Positions 60,231 through 64,000 of a stretch of DNA of 64,000 bases are shown here, piece after piece (position 1 is the stretch's first letter; each line of letters starts with the position of its first letter). Made by a program: the position numbers and the translations under genes. The notes under the pieces are model-generated. The model saw only the letters and a program-made list of their open reading frames with translations. It was not told where the DNA came from and ran no database searches. Origin of the DNA: Eledone cirrhosa (taxonomy: Eukaryota); NCBI GenBank assembly GCA_964016885.1, contig CAXHJY010000834.1:62001-126000 (forward strand), read 5' to 3'.

Positions 60231-61841
60231 CTATAAAGTCTTGTTTGCTTCAGCAATGTTCTTTGTAGCAACAGGAGGTGTTGGGCCAATCTGGGAATTT
60301 ACTGGATACATGTGGGTGGCTGCCATCTGAATAGCTGGGAAAATCTGTGAAGTTGATGGAGACATTTGAATAGTGGGAAATATTTGTGTAATGGGGACGC
60401 TGGTGATATGATGAAGTTGTTGGTGGCCTGGCACTGCTAATTCTTCTGTGTCTGTGTTTTCAGATGTCAACGCAGTACCTGTTTGCATACATGGTGTCAA
60501 GTGCTGAGAAATGCTGTTGTTGTTATTGGCAGTAGTAGTGGTGGCATTGTTGTTTGAAATGATGTTTGGGTCAAAATGCTCAGAACCAGAAATGTCAGTA
60601 CCATTATTGTTGTTGCTAGTGTTGCTATTATCAGCTGCTTCTTCATTAGCAATTCTGTTAACATTTTCATCATTATTATTGCTGATTTGTTCAGTGGAAT
60701 CATTCAAATGGTGTTGGAGAAGTTGTTGGCCACAACTGACAGAGGGGCCTTGGTAGCCCTCCTTGTTCTGTAATGGAACACAGCTGAATTTTCGTTCCCC
60801 TTTATTTGGCCGATTGTGTCGAATTAGATGGTCATTTCGAGAAAAAGCATAATCACATATGCTGCACCTGTATGGCCTCTCCCCGGAGTGTATTCGGTGG
60901 TGCACTTTGAGATAAGAACGGCGAGAGAATGCCTTGTTGCACACCTTACATGAATAAAGTTTCAACCCTTTGTGTGTGATGATGTGTCGTTTCAGATTGT
61001 CCTGACGCGAGAAAGATTTACCACATAGATGACACCTGTAAGGTAACACTGTTGCATGGATACGCTTGTGGATGTTTACATGAGATGTCTGTGAAAAAGC
61101 TTTCCAGCAAACATCACAGTTGAAAGGATTATTGCCAGCCCACTGTGCAGACTCTTGGCATGATTGACTGCTTCGATGCCCTTTTCTATTGCTACTTACA
61201 TGTTGGTGTTCCTGTGAAGAGAATTGCTCCATTTCACAGCCCATGCTACAGTTGTAAGAGTTTTCTGGACAGGCCTCTTTACAACTGGAGCAGTCATTCA
61301 CTGGACACCTACAGGCAACAGTATTTGACTGAAAATTATTGTTGTAGCTATCCATACATTGGCCGTTCGATGCACGCTGCCCTGACATTTGTTGATTGGC
61401 ATGTGTATTCTGGCAGCTTCTTCTGTTTGTAACAAATTGCTGGTTGGCATGATGAGTCCGTATGTGTCGGACAAGGTGGTCGCTTCGGCTAAAGGCATAG
61501 CCACAAATGTTACATTTGAATGGACGCTCTCCACTGTGTGTCCGTCGGTGAACTTTTAAATAGGAACTTTGGGCAAAAGATTTGCTGCATATATCACAAT
61601 GGTACAGCTTTTCACCTTGGTGGATGCGGCGGTGGCGTTCTAGGTTGTCATAGCGACTGAACACTTTGCCACATAGATCACAGCTAGAAGGTTTCTGCCT
61701 GTTAGAAGAAACATTTGTCACTGTAGTTGTTTGTGGAACAATGCTGTTTCCTGTCAGTGCCAGACTGGCATTTTGGTGAACATTTTTAGCCAAGGTTTGC
61801 AAATCTGTACTCATTTCACTGGAAGCTACGATATCCACCAT
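60231..61841 (-). CDS. C2H2 zinc-finger protein (3+4 fingers, last one degenerate, 536 aa from the first in-frame ATG)
   Basis: Fingers with SGERPF/QGEKLY linkers, a Cys-rich spacer and an N/T-rich tail. A possible acceptor tttag at 61853-61857 means an upstream exon may exist. Confidence 0.9.
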   Translation of the reverse strand: MVDIVASSEMSTDLQTLAKNVHQNASLALTGNSIVPQTTTVTNVSSNRQKPSSCDLCGKVFSRYDNLERHRRIHQGEKLYHCDICSKSFAQSSYLKVHRRTHSGERPFKCNICGYAFSRSDHLVRHIRTHHANQQFVTNRRSCQNTHANQQMSGQRASNGQCMDSYNNNFQSNTVACRCPVNDCSSCKEACPENSYNCSMGCEMEQFSSQEHQHVSSNRKGHRSSQSCQESAQWAGNNPFNCDVCWKAFSQTSHVNIHKRIHATVLPYRCHLCGKSFSRQDNLKRHIITHKGLKLYSCKVCNKAFSRRSYLKVHHRIHSGERPYRCSICDYAFSRNDHLIRHNRPNKGERKFSCVPLQNKEGYQGPSVSCGQQLLQHHLNDSTEQISNNNDENVNRIANEEAADNSNTSNNNNGTDISGSEHFDPNIISNNNATTTTANNNNSISQHLTPCMQTGTALTSENTDTEELAVPGHQQLHHITSVPITQIFPTIQMSPSTSQIFPAIQMAATHMYPVNSQIGPTPPVATKNIAEANKTL

Positions 61842-62214
61842 GTTAATAACATCTAAATTTTTTGGCAACAATTCAATATTTTTTAACAAGAAAATTAAAT
61901 AATTCTTTGCTTTTTAATTTATTTTTTGTCCTTAAAAAAAGATTATTTCAACATTCAGAATTTTGACATTACTCGGAAACCCACTTCAATGTTGATGAAT
62001 CAACTCAGATATTTCAGTTTATGTAGGTCAGTTCATAAGCATAACAACTTAGTTGTTTAGATCTAATGTCCCAGCATGTCATATGAATTATGCCAACAGA
62101 TTTAGATCTCCAATTCAGAAATAAATTCATTGTCATTGATCTTAGCAAAACGTTTTATTTTTATTTTTTTCACTTAGAATTAGTATAACAAAGAACTGAA
62201 AATTGAGCTGTAGC

Positions 62215-62530
62215 ACCCAAGTACCTTGTGTACTGACTATATAGTACAGTATCCTGGGTACTGACTATTTATAAAGTACAGTACCCTGTGAACTGACTAT
62301 TCATATAGTACAGTACCATATCTACTGACTATTTATATAGTACAGTACCTTGTGTACTGACTATATAGTACAGTACCTATGTAGTGACTATTTATATAGT
62401 ACAGTACTCTGTGTACTGACTAAATAGTACAGTACCCTATGTACTGTCTATATAGTACAGTACCTTGTGACAAGCTATTTATACAGTACAGTACCCAGTG
62501 TACAGGTTACTTGTATAGTATAGTACCCTA
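62215..62530. repeat. Minisatellite of ~29-33-bp palindromic units (about 10 copies)
   Basis: Consensus atagtacagtacc(c/t)tgtgtactgactat(tt). Confidence 0.9.
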
Positions 62531-62961
62531 TAGCCAGAGATGAGGCAATTAAGAAATATCCATTTTTTGACTGGTTATGTTGTTGTATATTTAACCTTTT
62601 ATGTTATTTTGAGAGAAACAAGGAATCAGTTAATAATGAGTAACAAATACATTTGTCATGGCTAGTTCAATAAATCCTTTTATATTTTATCTTAAAATGT
62701 CATTAAACAGCAGATTGCTGGGAAGCTAAATAATAACCAATTGAATCAGGTAAAAATAAATATTTTTCTGTAGGTAAGATGGACAGGGTGGTGGTGATTG
62801 GGACAAACATGGTAGGAATTGGTAACAGCTGTTAAGTCTGTAATATTCCAACGAGATATTCCTGAAAGGAAAGTTTTAGAAAAAATGTAAATCATTTAAA
62901 GCAAATAGATAAACTTATTATTAGTAATAATTATCGTATATTCTCATGCACAAGTTGCACT

Positions 62962-63430
62962 AGTAGATAAATCATGCCTCCATTTTACATACAACATTTA
63001 TAATGTACCATATATTTTGAAATTGAGGCTTCGTAGGTCCAGTAGATAAGTCACACACATCTCCATTGTACATAACACTTACAATGTACAATATATTCTG
63101 AATTGTTTTTTTTTTAGGTTCAATAGATAAGTCACACCTCTATTGTATATACAACATTTACAATGTACCATATATTCTGAACTGTGGTTTTGTAGGTCCA
63201 CTAGATAAATCACTCCACTCCCACCATTTTACATACAACATTTACAATGTACCATATATTTTGAATAGAGGTTTTTTAGGCCCAGTAGATAAATCACACC
63301 TTCATTTTTCATACATCATTTACAATGTACCATTTATTTTGAATCGAGATTTTGTAGGTTCAGTAGATAACTATCACCTTCATTTTACTATTCTGAATTG
63401 AAGTTTTGTAGGTCCAATAGATAAGTCACA
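62962..63430. repeat. Minisatellite of ~76-83-bp units (about 6 copies)
   Basis: Recurring tagataa(a/g)tcacac..ccatt..catacaacatttacaatgtaccatatatt.tgaa..taggtcc. Confidence 0.9.
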
Positions 63431-63598
63431 TATTAGTTTTTCACATTATATTTTCATTTAAAAAAACTGTGACTTATACAAGAGTATATAGTATAGTTAA
63501 TAATATGAAGTTGTTTTTTACAGGATGAAAATCTAAGCCTATAAACAAAGCTATTCATTATGAGCTACAGACATTTAACTTATCAGAACAATGATCTC

Positions 63599-63982
63599 TA
63601 AACCTTTTGTGGCCATATTTTTAATGAAATACACTCTATTTCAATTAAACAAAGAAGAACTTTGAGTGATTTACCACTATTATTATTTCATTACTAAGAT
63701 ACTAACTTAACAAATAGTTCTTATATAAAATTGTTGGAAAATTAGTGGTTTTTGTTTCATAGAACTAGAACCAGTTTTGGCTGGGTTTATATAAAAAGGG
63801 TTAACTCTTGCAACACTGGCATGTCAATACATCAGACTCAACATAACCAAAAACACTAAACATGATATATAAGCCCCAAAATGTAGTCTTTTTTATTGAT
63901 TTTGACAGTCATCCTATAGTGCATTTCTTTGGGGTTGTTTTTACTATATAGTCAAAAAGACAATTAGCACTAAAAGGGTTAA
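63599..63982. mobile_element. Two abutting TTAA-bounded MITEs sharing the TTAA at 63801-63804
   Basis: taaaccttttg..aaaaaggg-TTAA-ctcttg..aaaaggg-TTAA. Confidence 0.55.
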
Positions 63983-64000
63983 ATTTTTTCAATATTCATC

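Noticed and set aside
62215-62530. CRISPR-like array of ~30-bp palindromic repeats
   Set aside because: The repeats are contiguous with no unique spacers, there are no cas genes, and the context is eukaryotic.

Overview
Eukaryotic, AT-rich, repeat-dense DNA, very probably from a coleoid cephalopod (octopus-like), judged from the tRNA-derived SINE families, RTE LINEs, long (TA)n/(TATG)n tracts and clustered C2H2 genes. Positions 1-49 kb are a nest of transposable elements, most inserted into TA microsatellites. They include many RTE-clade LINE copies (one apparently intact, ORF 28163-31321, with a PHD-type finger inside its RT), a CsRn1-like Ty3/Gypsy provirus with both LTRs, DD37D (maT) mariner copies, Penelope-like remnants with hammerhead ribozyme motifs, an R4/Dong-like element, a CR1-like fragment and a triplicated non-autonomous RTE derivative. 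Positions 49-64 kb hold two convergent C2H2 zinc-finger genes, SINE chains, TTAA-bounded MITEs and minisatellites. The most notable signals are a 32-nt tRNA-Trp primer-binding site extending well past the usual 18-nt m1A58 stop, an inverted pair of near-canonical minimal hammerhead ribozymes, the PHD-in-RT LINE, and an LTR flanked by both a PPT and a PBS. All coordinates were read by eye, and edges of degraded repeats are approximate.
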